Of a stretch of 64,000 nucleotides of DNA, positions 28,048 to 40,637 are shown in pieces. Numbering within the stretch: the stretch's first letter is position 1; each line of letters starts with the position of its first letter. The notes under the pieces were generated by a model, which was given only the letters and a program-made list of their open reading frames with translations, ran no database searches and was not told the DNA's origin. The position numbers were made by a program, and so were the translations under genes. The DNA is from Eledone cirrhosa (lineage: Eukaryota), in assembly GCA_964016885.1 (NCBI GenBank), contig OZ024741.1, positions 225,184,001 to 225,248,000 of the forward strand. The letters run 5' to 3'.

Positions 28048-28313
28048 ATATTAAACAAATGGAAACTATATTTATAAAACCATATTTATTTCATTATACA
28101 TATTTCAGGGATACCATATTAAAAATATGGCATGCCTTCTTCAGATAAAATACAATATATAAGCAGTTTTATAAATAAATTTGACGTACCATAAAATATT
28201 GATCAACTTCCATTTAAAAAAGTTGGTTTGCCATATTTTTAATATGGTATCCCTGAAATATGTATAATGAAATAAATATGGTTTTATAAATATAGTTTCC
28301 ATTTGTTTAATAT
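28048..28313. repeat. Inverted repeat (~85-bp arms) of a pLTR-like tail
   Basis: 28048-28132 is the reverse complement of 28229-28313. Confidence 0.88.
28089..28150 (-). ncRNA. Type I hammerhead
   Basis: Minus strand: TTTTAT-CTGAAGA-AGG(C)ATGCCATATT..AATATGGTAT(C)CCT-GAAAT-ATGT-ATA-ATGAAA. TATAAAA lies ~20 nt upstream. Confidence 0.78.
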
Positions 28314-28401
28314 CGTATATCTACTCCAAAACTTGTTGAGTGCTTTATATCAGTTATAAAATATTTACTCGTTGTAACCCAACAATTTTAAATACAACTT
28401 T

Positions 28402-28439
<38 letters not shown>

Positions 28440-28443
<4 letters not shown>

Positions 28444-29575
28444 GGAGGCAGGTAGTGAGGTGGATCTTCCAAGTTACAGATGAATTCCTCTCATCCGTTT
28501 AAATTTATAGCGAAGCTTATGTTGAGGATCGCGAAGAAAAATTTTACTAGGTTTTTCCATGTATTTCCAACAAATCTGATCTTCGACATGCTCACAATCG
28601 CCTTACAGATAAGCACCTCTCAGTCGTTTACATTTATAGAAAAGGAATCCCTTCATACTCAAGGATGTTTTTATCTTTCATAATTTTCTATTGCTGTAGA
28701 AAGCGTTGTAAAGTCAATTAATCAAATGTTCCCCAATTTCAAAATCCCCTTTCGAATGAGGAGTGGCAGTGTGAACACGCAATCCTTGCCCTCAAAAACA
28801 TCACAGTGAGTGCCATCAACAAAAGCCTCTCACAAATGATCCCTGGAGGTAGCCAGACCTATAAATCTATCGACAAAGTGGTCGACCAGGACGAAACTGT
28901 TCATTATTCTGTTATCTCAACAGTCTGGAACCACCTGGTATGTTGCCACAGAAACTTGAACTGAAGAAAGGCACAGTCATCATGCTTCTCAGAAACCTGG
29001 ATCAGCCAAGATTGTGCAATGGGACAAGTATGGTTGTGATTAAGCGACAGCCTCTCATTATCGAAACCCAAATTTTCACTGGATGTAGTAAGGGAGCATC
29101 GTATTTATACCTAGAATATCGCTAAATCCAACAGATGGCCCTTTTCGTTTCAAACGATTGCAATTCCCAGTGAGAGTCAGTTATGCAATGACCATTAACA
29201 AGTCCCGAGGTCAAACACTGCAGGTTGTCATTCTTCATCTAGAAGTGGGCTGTTTCTAACAGTCATTTGTAAGTAGGTTGTTCCTGTGTAGGACGCCCTC
29301 ACAAGCTTCATAAATGCTCGAAAGAAAAAAAGTTCATAACATTGTATACACTGAAGTTCTGTAAATATTATATAATTTTCGTAGAATATATTTTCTACTA
29401 TTTTCTTTATTACTTTCTGTATTTAGATATTCTTAATACATTTTAAAAATTATGTTATGCAGTATTTAAATATGTTTTAATCTTTTATTTCAAGGAAAAT
29501 TGGCATTACGATAGATACCAATCGATGCCTTATAAATATATTTAAACATCGGAGCGAAGGTCAGAAGGCCGCTAG
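28440..29575 (+). mobile_element. Helitron 3' fragment (PIF1-like helicase C-terminus, decayed)
   Basis: AILALKN, LELKKGTVIMLLRNLDQPRLCNGT and FKRLQFPVRVSYAMTINKSRGQTL motifs. Ends in a GC-rich stretch plus CTAG followed by T. Confidence 0.88.
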
Positions 29576-29597
29576 TATATATATATATATAAAAAAG

Positions 29598-29815
29598 GAA
29601 CGATCGACTTTTTTGTCAAATCGGACCGAGGGAACAATGTTTCCGTTGGTCTTTCCAATTGCTAATACTATCTATCGGTCGCAACTCCAGGTAGAAGGAG
29701 CAATGTGAAATAAAGTGTCTTGCTCAAGGACATAACGCATCGCCTGGTCCAGGAATCGAACTCACAACCTTACGATTGCGAATACAATTCTCTAACCACT
29801 CAGCCACACGCCTTC
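29598..29815 (-). mobile_element. tRNA-derived SINE family B
   Basis: A-box TGGCTGAGTGG, B-box GAGTTCGATTCC and GTCCTTGAGCAAGACACTTT body. Four near-identical copies occur in the window. Confidence 0.88.
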
Positions 29816-29840
29816 ATATATATATATATAATGTGTGCGT

Positions 29841-29905
<65 letters not shown>

Positions 29906-29906
29906 G

Positions 29907-30173
<267 letters not shown>

Positions 30174-30186
30174 GTATATATGTATA

Positions 30187-30254
<68 letters not shown>

Positions 30255-30563
30255 CACACACACACAGATATACACATATATATATATATATATTAATGCG
30301 ATCCCACACGGTTACTGTGAGTAATCTCAGCATTAGATTTTAAATACGTAATATTCTCTACTTATGACTTGAACGGTTTTAAACCTGTGTTTACAAACCA
30401 AAACGTACGGATATACTATACATATATTTGTAAATACGCGCGCGCGCACACACACACACCACACACATATATGCGTAAATGTATGTACACATCACCTGAC
30501 CCATGTATTGAAATTTGTTTCTCTCGTTGGCACATTGAAACCTATTATATATATATATATATG

Positions 30564-30635
<72 letters not shown>

Positions 30636-30758
30636 GGAGGTGAGTTTTATTGTAGTACAATAAAGCAATGCAGATATCGGATAAGAAGCACTCTACAGTT
30701 TGTGGGACTGGAGTATGCATAATATAAGATCAAAAGATGGTTAAAGGAGTTCAATATA

Positions 30759-30825
30759 TTTTATTATGCGCATTTCAAAAACAAACATCATCAAACAATA
30801 ATATTTGTGTTTTCATCAGATAAAA
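30759..30825 (-). ncRNA. Type I hammerhead in a solo pLTR-like cassette (30632-30935) between (TA)n tracts
   Basis: Minus strand: TTTTAT-CTGATGA-AAACACAAATATTATT-gttt-GATGATGTTTGTTTTT-GAAAT-GCGC-ATA-ATAAAA, with a 6-bp stem I and palindromic stem III. Confidence 0.85.
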
Positions 30826-30951
30826 CAGGAGAACATGATATGAAGGCTAAAAAAACACTTGTTGATAGTGCAGTTTTAAATCAACATATGAAAAGTGGTT
30901 TTAGATTGATGTGTGATATTGGGAAAAATATTTTAATATATATATATATAT

Positions 30952-31528
30952 AAATTAGAATTGGTGTTCTGAAATAGCGATATATATATGAATGTATATA
31001 TAGTGTATTTTGCAATACACTGTATGCTTAATTAAAAGCATTTCGAAGACCTTGTGCTATTGTTTTAGAGTAGTAACATTCTCATTTACTTTAATTTTCA
31101 GCAAACAGGGGAGATAAAGCTGACATAGCCCTGTTTCGCTTTTTTTTATGCTTATCAAAGCTCATTATTCCTCCTGCTTGCTGAAAATCATGAATGTTTG
31201 AGTCTTATAGAATTATAGTAATAATCAAGAACTGATTATACAGAGCGGTTGCCTAATTATTACTATAATTCTATAAGAATCAAACATTCATGATTTTCAG
31301 CAAGCAGAAGAAGTAGTTAGCTTTGATAAGCATAAAAAATGCGAAACAGAGCTCTGTCAGCCTTATCTCCCCTGTTTGCTGAAAATTAAAGTAAGTGAGA
31401 CTGTCACTACTCTAAAACAATAGCATAAGGTCTTCGAAATGCTTTTAATTAAGCATACAGTGTATTGCAAAATACACTGTATATACATTCATATATATAT
31501 CGCGATTTCAGAGCACCAATTCTAATTT
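30952..31528. repeat. Long imperfect inverted repeat (~273-bp arms, 30-nt spacer)
   Basis: 30952-31225 versus 31256-31528, with scattered mismatches. Confidence 0.92.
31320..31361 (+). ncRNA. Hammerhead, U3-A8 core variant (mirror copy on the minus strand at 31119-31162)
   Basis: GCT-TTGATAA-GCAT-aaaaa-ATGC-GAAAC-AGAGCTCT-GTC-AGC, with palindromic stem III and a GUC triplet. Confidence 0.75.
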
Positions 31529-31532
31529 TCAA

Positions 31533-32992
31533 GAAAGGGAGAGGAAGATAAGTCAGCGTTAATATCATGCTACAAGAAAAAAGACAGAAAGGAGAGGGAA
31601 GAAAAGGAATAAGAAAGGTCAGCGTTACTGTCGAGCTACAAGAAGAAAGACAGAAAGAAAGAGGAAGAAAAGTCCGTACTTATGTCAAGCTACAGTCAGG
31701 CCAGGAATGGCGCGAAAAAAATGACATGTGATTAGGAAGGGCTGGCCGTGGTCTGCAGTCGCCACATGCTGTCTGACTGCTAAACAAGGACATATCCTTT
31801 ACTCTACATCCCAGTAGAGGATCTCTATAATACAATTAAAGTTTCTTCATAAAAGACTCTCTCTTTAACTAAACCTCGCAACCCAAAACCTTAAATAACA
31901 TTTTTAAACTGTTTAATTTTCAGTTTTCTAATTGTTTAATTCTCAATTTTCTAACTCTTTAATTTTATAATGTTAATCTTTAATTTTTTTTAACTTCATC
32001 CGATATATCTAAACAATAATTTAACGTTCTAATTTTCTGTCGGACTGTTGGGTTGGTTTTCCTGGCTGCGGGACCGGCCTCCTGGCGCATAGGCCTACCT
32101 TGAGTGCTTGGAAAAGTAAATTTCCCCTTCTTTCGGTAAATGAAACTACTCGGAGCGGGACGATTCGCCCCAGGGGCCCGGCGCGCAGCCGGTTTTTTTT
32201 TACTGCCATATAAGTACCTTTAAATTATAGACCTAATCATAACTATTAGATGTATCACGCCTCCCTCTACTTAAACAAATCCCACTCCTGGGTAAATTAA
32301 TAATACTGGTTTGGTACAAGGATGGCCTAACGATGAGGGCTGACTTCCCACTGGCGCACCTGAAGCCTGTTATACATTCCTAGAGTGCTTGGAAAAATTG
32401 ATTTCCATATCTTTCGCTAGGCGATCTCACACGGAATGGCTGACACGCGGTTAGGATGGGCTCGCCGGAGCCTGCAGTCGCCGCATGCTGTTTGACTGCT
32501 AAACAAAGACATAATCTTTACTCTATAATACAATTTAAGTTTCTTCATAAAAGACTCTTTCTTTACTTAAACCTCGCAACCAAAACCTTAAAAATTTTAA
32601 ACTGTTTAATTTTCAATTTTCTAATTTCTTTAATTTTATAATGTTAATATTAAATATTAAATTTTTGTAACTTCATCCTATAGATCTAAACAAAAATTTA
32701 ACGTCCCAATCTTCTGATCACACATTATAACATGCAGACCCCCACTATATTCACCTATGTTATAATATATACCTCTGTTAAGATACGGGGCCTTTAGAAT
32801 AAATTTTTTTCGCGCCATTCCTGGCCTGACTGTAGCTTGACATCAGTACGGACTTTTGTTCCTTTTTCTTTCTGTCTTTCTTCTTGTAGCTCGACATTAA
32901 CGCTGACTTTTCTACTTCCTTTTCTTCCCCCTACTTTCTGTCTTTTTTCTTGTAGCATGATATTAACGCGGACTTATCTTCCTCTCCCTTTC
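31533..32992. repeat. Inverted repeat (~190-bp arms built of ~55-60-bp purine-rich subrepeats) enclosing internal direct repeats
   Basis: 31533-31722 versus 32803-32992; internal direct repeat ~31732-32040 versus ~32451-32715. Confidence 0.88.
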
Positions 32993-33192
32993 TGTTTTTC
33001 TTCTATTTGACCGGGAGGGTAGTAGCACACTATAAGCTTTAACCCCCTCACCAGATAGCCTCAAGTAGACCGAATAGCCAGCACTTGAGGGCGACCGGCT
33101 AAAGTGGAAGATGCTAGATGGTCGGTCGTCCTCCGGTCTTTGATTTTCAGCCCCATGGATTTTATCTATTACATTCATTTATTATATTTCGA

Positions 33193-33250
33193 ATACCTGA
33201 TGATATCACCGGATTCATACGGAGCCCGGTCATTGAAATGATCATAGTAT
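33193..33250 (+). ncRNA. Type I hammerhead
   Basis: ATAC-CTGATGA-TATC-ACCGG...CCGGT-CATT-GAAAT-GATC-ATA-GTAT, followed by AATAAA and (TA)n. Confidence 0.8.
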
Positions 33251-33303
33251 AATAAACCTTTCAAGGATTTACACAAGTCCGGCCTCCTGTCATTTTATTA
33301 TAT

Positions 33304-33384
<81 letters not shown>

Positions 33385-33387
<3 letters not shown>

Positions 33388-33441
33388 CGTTTCTGAATTT
33401 GTTTCTTATTGGCAACATGACCCTCCCAAAGCATAACAATA
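33385..33441. mobile_element. Micro-remnant of the lineage-B pLTR (two tips joined in inverted orientation) within (TA)n
   Basis: TTTCGTTTCTGAATTTGTTT (minus tip) is fused to TGTTTCTTATTGGCAACATGACCCTCCCAAAG (plus tip) through a shared TGTTT. Confidence 0.8.
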
Positions 33442-33750
33442 TATATATATATATATATAATAGGTTTCAATGTGCCAATGAGAGAAACAAGTTTCAATAC
33501 ATGGGTCGGATGATGTGTGTTTTATAATAGACGTGGATTTGTACCAGTGATTCGAGTACCAGACGTTTCTTGCTTAAGTTCACTGGTCAAACACAAACAT
33601 ATGTATGTATGTATGTATGTATGTAAGTATGTATGTATGTATGTATGTATGTATGTATGTATGTATGTATGTATGTCAGGTTTTTCTTTCGCTACATTTC
33701 ACACGGAGTTTCTAATGTGTATATATATATATAAACATATACACATATAC

Positions 33751-33788
<38 letters not shown>

Positions 33789-34049
33789 TAAAATAACAGA
33801 TTAAAGTTTAAGCAAAGAATCGGTGCTTTCACTCTTAACAGGATCTTCTGAAACTAACAAAAACTTAAACGTTAATCTGTTATTTTAATAAATATTTGCT
33901 CTACGGTTCTTATATATTTGATATATATTTATCTTTATCGAGCCCTCTTTGGATTTTAGTCTTCAAATTTATTATTATTACTATATATATATATATTTAT
34001 ATATATATATATATATATATACACACGTATATATCTATTTGCATTTCTA

Positions 34050-34087
<38 letters not shown>

Positions 34088-34574
34088 CACAAACATATAT
34101 ATATATATACACACACACACATATATACACACACACATATATATACACGTACACATATATATATTTACACACACTCATATATATATATATATATATATAT
34201 CATTGTATTCAACCGCTGAAAAGTGAGTCATGAGACATATTTTACAAAGTAGTTACTTAACAAATATTGATTTGACACAAGGAAAGATTAAGAACTCACC
34301 ATTTAATAAACTGTTCACAAAGAGAATGATAAAAAGCGATCCCTATAGATCTGCTAAGGAACTTCTCTACATTATTCATTCAATATCTTTAAGATCTTGC
34401 AGGATTCGATGACATAGTATTTTGCAGTCAGTGCCAACATGTTAGGAAGTGTGGTTTTGTTAAAGAGATGTATAGCAGATAGTGCCTTCTAAATGATTAA
34501 ACAGTACAGCAGGATAGACGTCTTCTCTTTCCCTCATATACTCTCTTCTCTAGCTTTCTGTCTCTCTCTCTCTC

Positions 34575-34611
<37 letters not shown>

Positions 34612-34620
34612 ACTCTCTCA

Positions 34621-34719
<99 letters not shown>

Positions 34720-34739
34720 CATATATATATACACACACA

Positions 34740-34776
<37 letters not shown>

Positions 34777-34803
34777 TATCTGCATTCCTCTCTCTCTCTC
34801 CCC

Positions 34804-34876
<73 letters not shown>

Positions 34877-34952
34877 CCAATAGGTCCTATATAACTATAT
34901 ATATATATATATATACATACAGAAACACGCACACATATACTTATATATCTAA

Positions 34953-34994
<42 letters not shown>

Positions 34995-35238
34995 GAATAA
35001 ATTAGAGAAAGATACATATAGATATAGACATAGTTACATACTCACATATATACATATATATCCCTTCGACTTATGTATTTCCACTTCTCCCAATGGTACC
35101 TACTCGCTCTCCGCCATCTTTAACATAACGGAAGTAGAGAGAGACATCTGGAATACTTTCACAGAAGATATATGCACCGTCATTGTTTTTCTTATGACTT
35201 TAAAACTACCTACTTACGCAAACACACACACACACACA

Positions 35239-35313
<75 letters not shown>

Positions 35314-35328
35314 TGTGAGTACAAATAT

Positions 35329-35537
35329 GCACGTGGCTGAGTGGTTAGAGAATTGGACTCGCAATCGTGTGGTTGTGAGTTCGATTCCCGGACCGGACGA
35401 TGCGTTGTGTCCTTGGACAAGATACTCTATTTCACGTTGCTTCTTCTACTTGGATATGCGACCGATAGATAGTATTAGCAATTGGAAAGACCAACGGAAA
35501 CATTGTTTACCCGGTCCGATTTGACGAAAGTCGATCG
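35329..35537 (+). mobile_element. SINE family B
   Basis: Homologous to 29598-29815. Confidence 0.85.
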
Positions 35538-35557
35538 AATGTCGATATATATATATA

Positions 35558-35620
<63 letters not shown>

Positions 35621-36544
35621 GCATATAACTAAAACTCAACTAAAAGGTGAACAAATGCAAACCAAACTCATGGTATCTGCGTACAGTAGCAAATGCAAGT
35701 GATAATCTTGCCACCAATCCTACTCATTATAAAATACTACACCAGGCATAAATTATAATCAAACATGTCTTTCAAAACCATATCCATGTCTTCTGAGCAA
35801 AACAACAACCAGCCCGATCCAATTACTGGTATAGGAGCAATGGACGTCAATAGTCATCAGCCGTTGTATAACGTAGTTTCTATCTCTCTCTATATACAAT
35901 TCCTTGTCTCTCTGTCTCTCTGTTCATATGCATTCTCAAACGGCTGGACGAAATCAAATCGAATTTTACAAGTATTAGACTCCAGGAGTGTCAACATGTA
36001 ATTTATATTTTCATTTGGATTAAAAATGATATTTTTATAGTCAACCACGACGACGATGAAGACGACGACGATGAAGACGACGACGACTCACATTTTCTAT
36101 ATGAGTGTGTATGTGTCAGTGAGTGTGTGTTTGTGTGTTTGTGTGTGTGTGTGTTCATTATGTATGTTAGGCCTCAGAGAATTAAACACTCACACATCTA
36201 CACATACATACACATAATGTGTGTGAGTGTATGTGAGAGTGTAGACGTCACATTTTGTATGTGTATGTGTATGTGTCTGTCTTCGTATATGTATGTGAGA
36301 ATGTGTGTGAGTGCATGTGAGTCTATGTGAGAGTGTATGTGTGTGTGAGTGTATGTGAGAGTGTACGTGTGAGTGTATGTGTGTGTGAGTGTGTGTGAGA
36401 GTGTATGTGTAATGATTTTTATTTTCATTTGGATTAAATCAATAGAAAACAACACAACAGCGCCACATTTTGTATATGAATATGTATGTGTTTGTGAGTG
36501 TGTGTGTGTTTGCGCGTTCATTAGGTACGTTATTAAATACACAC

Positions 36545-36792
36545 TCCGGGCAAGGTTTGTTTGTGGAAGACCAGCAGTCTTCCATGCATACCAGTCTCCC
36601 CTCTCCATGCCACTGATGTTGTCCAAGGGAAAGGCAATGGCCAATACAGCTTGGCACCAGAGACGTCGCAACTCATTTTTAAAGCTGAGTGAACTGGGCA
36701 ACGTGAAATAAAGTGTCTTGGTTAAGGACACAACGCATCACCCGGTCCGAGAATCTCACAACCTCACTATTGTGAGCCCCACGCTCTAACCG
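36545..36792 (-). mobile_element. SINE with a family-B head and body but a different 3' tail
   Basis: Shares GATGCGTTGTGTCCTT...AAGACACTTTATTTCACGTTGC, then diverges. Confidence 0.7.
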
Positions 36793-37021
36793 CTATGTCT
36801 TAGAGACTCATCATATTACCATGATAGCTGCTGTATATATATAATTGCATACTATGCTTAAATATATGAATATGAAAAAAAAAATTACATTTCATTTCGT
36901 TTCCGTTCAAATCTTTCACGCTCTCCTCGGATTATATATATGTATATATACATATTATTAGTACAGATTAATGCTAAGATGTCATTATTATCTTTGTTGT
37001 TGATGTTATTATTACTATCAT

Positions 37022-37210
37022 GGTGGATTGGCAGTATCGGTAGATAGGTTGGACACCATGCTTTGACGCATAGAGTTACAGCCCTTGCCATTCTGAGTTC
37101 AAATCCCGCCGAGGTTAACTTTGCCTTTTATCCTTACGGGTCGATAAAATAAAGTACCAGTAATCCACTGGATAATTGCTGGCCTTGTGCCAAAAGTAGA
37201 AACAATTATT
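37022..37210 (+). mobile_element. SINE family A (extra tail copy at 37298-37358)
   Basis: Head, core and tail are present. Confidence 0.85.
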
Positions 37211-37366
37211 AGTACAAATTAAAGTTTATGCAACGAATTTCTGATTTCACCCTATTACAGGATCTTCTAAAACTATAGGATTGCATATTATATTATAATA
37301 AAGTACCAGTAATGCACTGGGTAATTGCTCGCCTTGTGCCAAAAAGTAGAAACAATTATATCATAT

Positions 37367-37397
<31 letters not shown>

Positions 37398-37619
37398 ATA
37401 CACACACCTTATAGATCTTTTTACAAAACGTTTTTTTTTTCCATTTCAGGTAGTCGCGCGCCATCATCCACTTTTCTAAAAAACAAATCATACACAAAAC
37501 GCCGGCACCAACAGTTTTGCAAGAGATGTCAACAAGAATGGACCTATTATTTTTATCTGAAGACATTTTTTCCAATTCCATCCTGCTCGTCCCCTTAATC
37601 TATTTTATATCTCATTCTT

Positions 37620-37655
37620 TCTTCTGATGAAGGACTAACGTCCGAAACGTTAAGA
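37620..37655 (+). ncRNA. Minimal type I hammerhead
   Basis: TCTT-CTGATGA-A-GGAC-taac-GTCC-GAAAC-GTT-AAGA, with palindromic AACGTT stem III. Confidence 0.85.
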
Positions 37656-37757
37656 CCCTCTTCCTGCTATATCAAGCGTTAACCTAATATATACTTTCCA
37701 TATACTCTAGCGATTGTGTTGTTATTTCTGTTTACATTTTACATATATATATATATA

Positions 37758-38014
37758 TGTAGGAGGTGAGTTTTATTGTAGCACAATAAAGCAATGCAAA
37801 TATCGGATAAGTAGCACTCTACAATTTGTAGGACTGGAGTAAAAATAATATAAGATCAAAAGATGGTTAAAAGAGTTCCAAGTATTTTATTATGCGCATT
37901 TCAAAAACAAATATCATCATGAACGCAGATATCATCCCATGATGATATTTGTTTTTGAAATGCGCATAATAAAATACTTGGAACTCTTTTAACCATCTTT
38001 TGATCTTATATTAT
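37758..38014. repeat. Second copy of the 30632 cassette, folded back inside HHR stem II (arms 37845-37921 and 37938-38014)
   Basis: Direct homology to 30632-30790 plus a perfect inverted arm. Confidence 0.88.
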
Positions 38015-39415
38015 ATATATCTGTTAGAACACGAAAAGTGTGAAACACAGAATGTTCACTTTTCGTGTTCTAACATATATGCCTAGCTTCTTTAAAAATT
38101 TTTCGGGGATAGCCGTGGTGGTGGTGATCGTATGTCATTGGCTAATTTTCAACCAATCAGAGTACCTCTCTCTATATCTCTTCCACTGTTACTTACGCCT
38201 GTTTCTCTCTATCTGTTCCGTCTCTATATATATCTCTTACTCTTTCGCTTTGCACTCCTCCCCTTCAATACCATCTCTCCCCCTCTCTATATATTTGTTA
38301 CTCTATCGCTGCACGCTCCTCTCCTTCAATATATCAATTACACACGCTTTACACTCCTTTATCCCCAGCGCCCCTATATATACACCCCCCTCTCCCGCAT
38401 CTATATTTTAATGTACCGTTGCACCGTGAATATATGTGTCTATATATATATACATATATATTGTATATACACATTCATGTATGTGTATACACATCCATGT
38501 ATGTGTATACACATTCATGTATGTATATACACTGGTTTTATGTGTGTATTGTAAATTTGTACTGTTAAAACACGAAACTAACATTCGATTGACACTTTGA
38601 TTACCTGTACAGGCAATAGTTATTAGAATGCTGTTGAAGTGTGTATATATTTTTGGGGGACATCCTGTATATACACACATTATATATAATACAATAAACA
38701 GATAAATACACACATATATATATGAGCTTATTTAATTATAAATATTGTGAATTTTTAACTCAGTTCAATTATATATATAAATGGCTTCTACAGGACTAGA
38801 ACTGTTTCATTCGAAAGAAATCATCATAATATTGAGAGGGGGGACTAGATAAAATATTTCAAATCAAATGTGTATAAGTTATAAGTTAAAATGAATAAAT
38901 AGAGACGATAGTGGAGGTATATCTGTTTAGTGGAACAGTAGACGATAGAATTAAATACAGACGATAATCTCCCTTTAATGAAACAGCAGACTAAATTTAA
39001 AGCATTTGCATTTTTGCCTTTCATCGTTACGGGGTCGATAAAATAAAGTACCAGTAATACACTGTCACTAGACGACTTTCAAATTGAATTGTTGGTTCCA
39101 TTTCTTTAGTATTTTGTAGTTATCTACTTAAAAAGCGTTACACGGTTAGAGACATAATTCGTAAGTTATATCTTCCCTATTAAACCATTGCATTATTTCG
39201 CCTACAATAGAACAAAAATGAAATGTTCTTTAAAGAAACAGGAATATAACTTTATAAAAAAAAAAGTTGCATCCGCTTCTTTTATCATTGATAATTTTTT
39301 CGTTTTAATATTAATTGTTTTTTGTAGTTGTTTATATTAAAAATCTTACTGTAATATTTACTTAAACGAAGGCAAACATCTAAACTTATAGATTAATCTT
39401 GAGCGAAGGACTAGA

Positions 39416-39526
<111 letters not shown>

Positions 39527-39917
39527 GAAGAATGATAAAATTTCAAGCAAAGAGTTTAATTAGGTATATTTTGTAATATTATTAACTAATTATTATAATT
39601 AACGCGCATATTTTGCTATCCTCAAACACGTTTACACATGGCATGAAATATAACTAATCCGAGATGGCTAGGTTTCATCTTATAACTGGATAAACGAAAT
39701 CCATTATGTCTTGACAACAACATGAGGTAACATTATGTTATTCACAGACACACTTTGTACACTGTTCCATATCAGAATGTATTTCCTTCGTCACATTCAC
39801 AAACAGTATTGAAAATATGTTCTTCGGCAAATAAAAATGTTTTGTTCATAATATTTCAACTAGCGATTGCTCTACTTCACGCACGACCACCATAAATTAA
39901 TGACCAGCTCAACACAA

Positions 39918-40085
39918 GTATTGGTAGAGCGTCAGACACCATGCTTTGCAGTATTGTTATGGTCCTTTGCATTCTAAGTTCAAATCCTGCCGAGGTTAAC
40001 TTCGACTTTCATACTTACTAATTCGATAAAATAAAGTACCAGTAATGGACTGCCGTAATGGATTTGTGCCGAAAAATAGAAACAC
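39918..40085 (+). mobile_element. SINE family A (diverged)
   Basis: Head, core and tail are recognisable. Confidence 0.75.
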
Positions 40086-40637
40086 TATTAATGTGCAATA
40101 AGAGCAAAATATAACGACATTGCTCAATTATTTTATCTAATGTTGTAATAACACAAGGAAATGTTGTTTGTGTATTTTTTTTTATATTTGCTCATAGGCT
40201 TTTACAATTTCGCTCAGCCAACAACTATTAAAAAGTGAGTTGCTTAAGATAACAATTTAATCACAAATTGTTGCTATCTTTTAATACACTCCAACAAGTC
40301 ATCAAATGTACAATAAAAACAAATCTTATTAATTTGCTCAGGGAATATAAAGAAAATGTATATACACTGATAATTGCAAATGTATGTAAATATTTTGTTT
40401 TTGTATTGTATATTTTATGTTTTCTATTATGTATAATATATTGATTTAATATTGATTGTTTTTTGTAGTTGTTTATATTAAAAGTCTGAAAATATTTTTA
40501 TACATCTTACACTAATATTTATAAGATAATTTATAATAACAATTACATAATCTAATTACATTACAACGATAATTTATTATTAATATATATCCTGTTTAAC
40601 TAGAGTTATTACAAGCGTTGCCTTAAAAAAATATTAA

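Noticed and set aside
29745-29815. tRNA gene-like A/B boxes (also in the other SINE heads)
   Set aside because: No complete cloverleaf; these are SINE heads continuous with the SINE bodies.
31535-31700. ~55-60-bp repeated units resembling a CRISPR array
   Set aside because: The units are degenerate tandem repeats without unique spacers, the context is eukaryotic and no cas genes are present.
32455-32510. GC-rich hairpin as a possible HDV-like, twister or pistol ribozyme
   Set aside because: I could not build the required pseudoknots or conserved residues by eye.
38645-38670. Tc1-like terminal sequence TACAGGATGTCCCCC on the minus strand
   Set aside because: A single end only, with no convincing partner TIR or ORF.
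38785-38832. Minus-strand ATGATGA-TTTC..GAAT-GAAACAG..CTGTA motif
   Set aside because: C3 is mutated and stem I is weak; at best a dead relic, so it was not counted.
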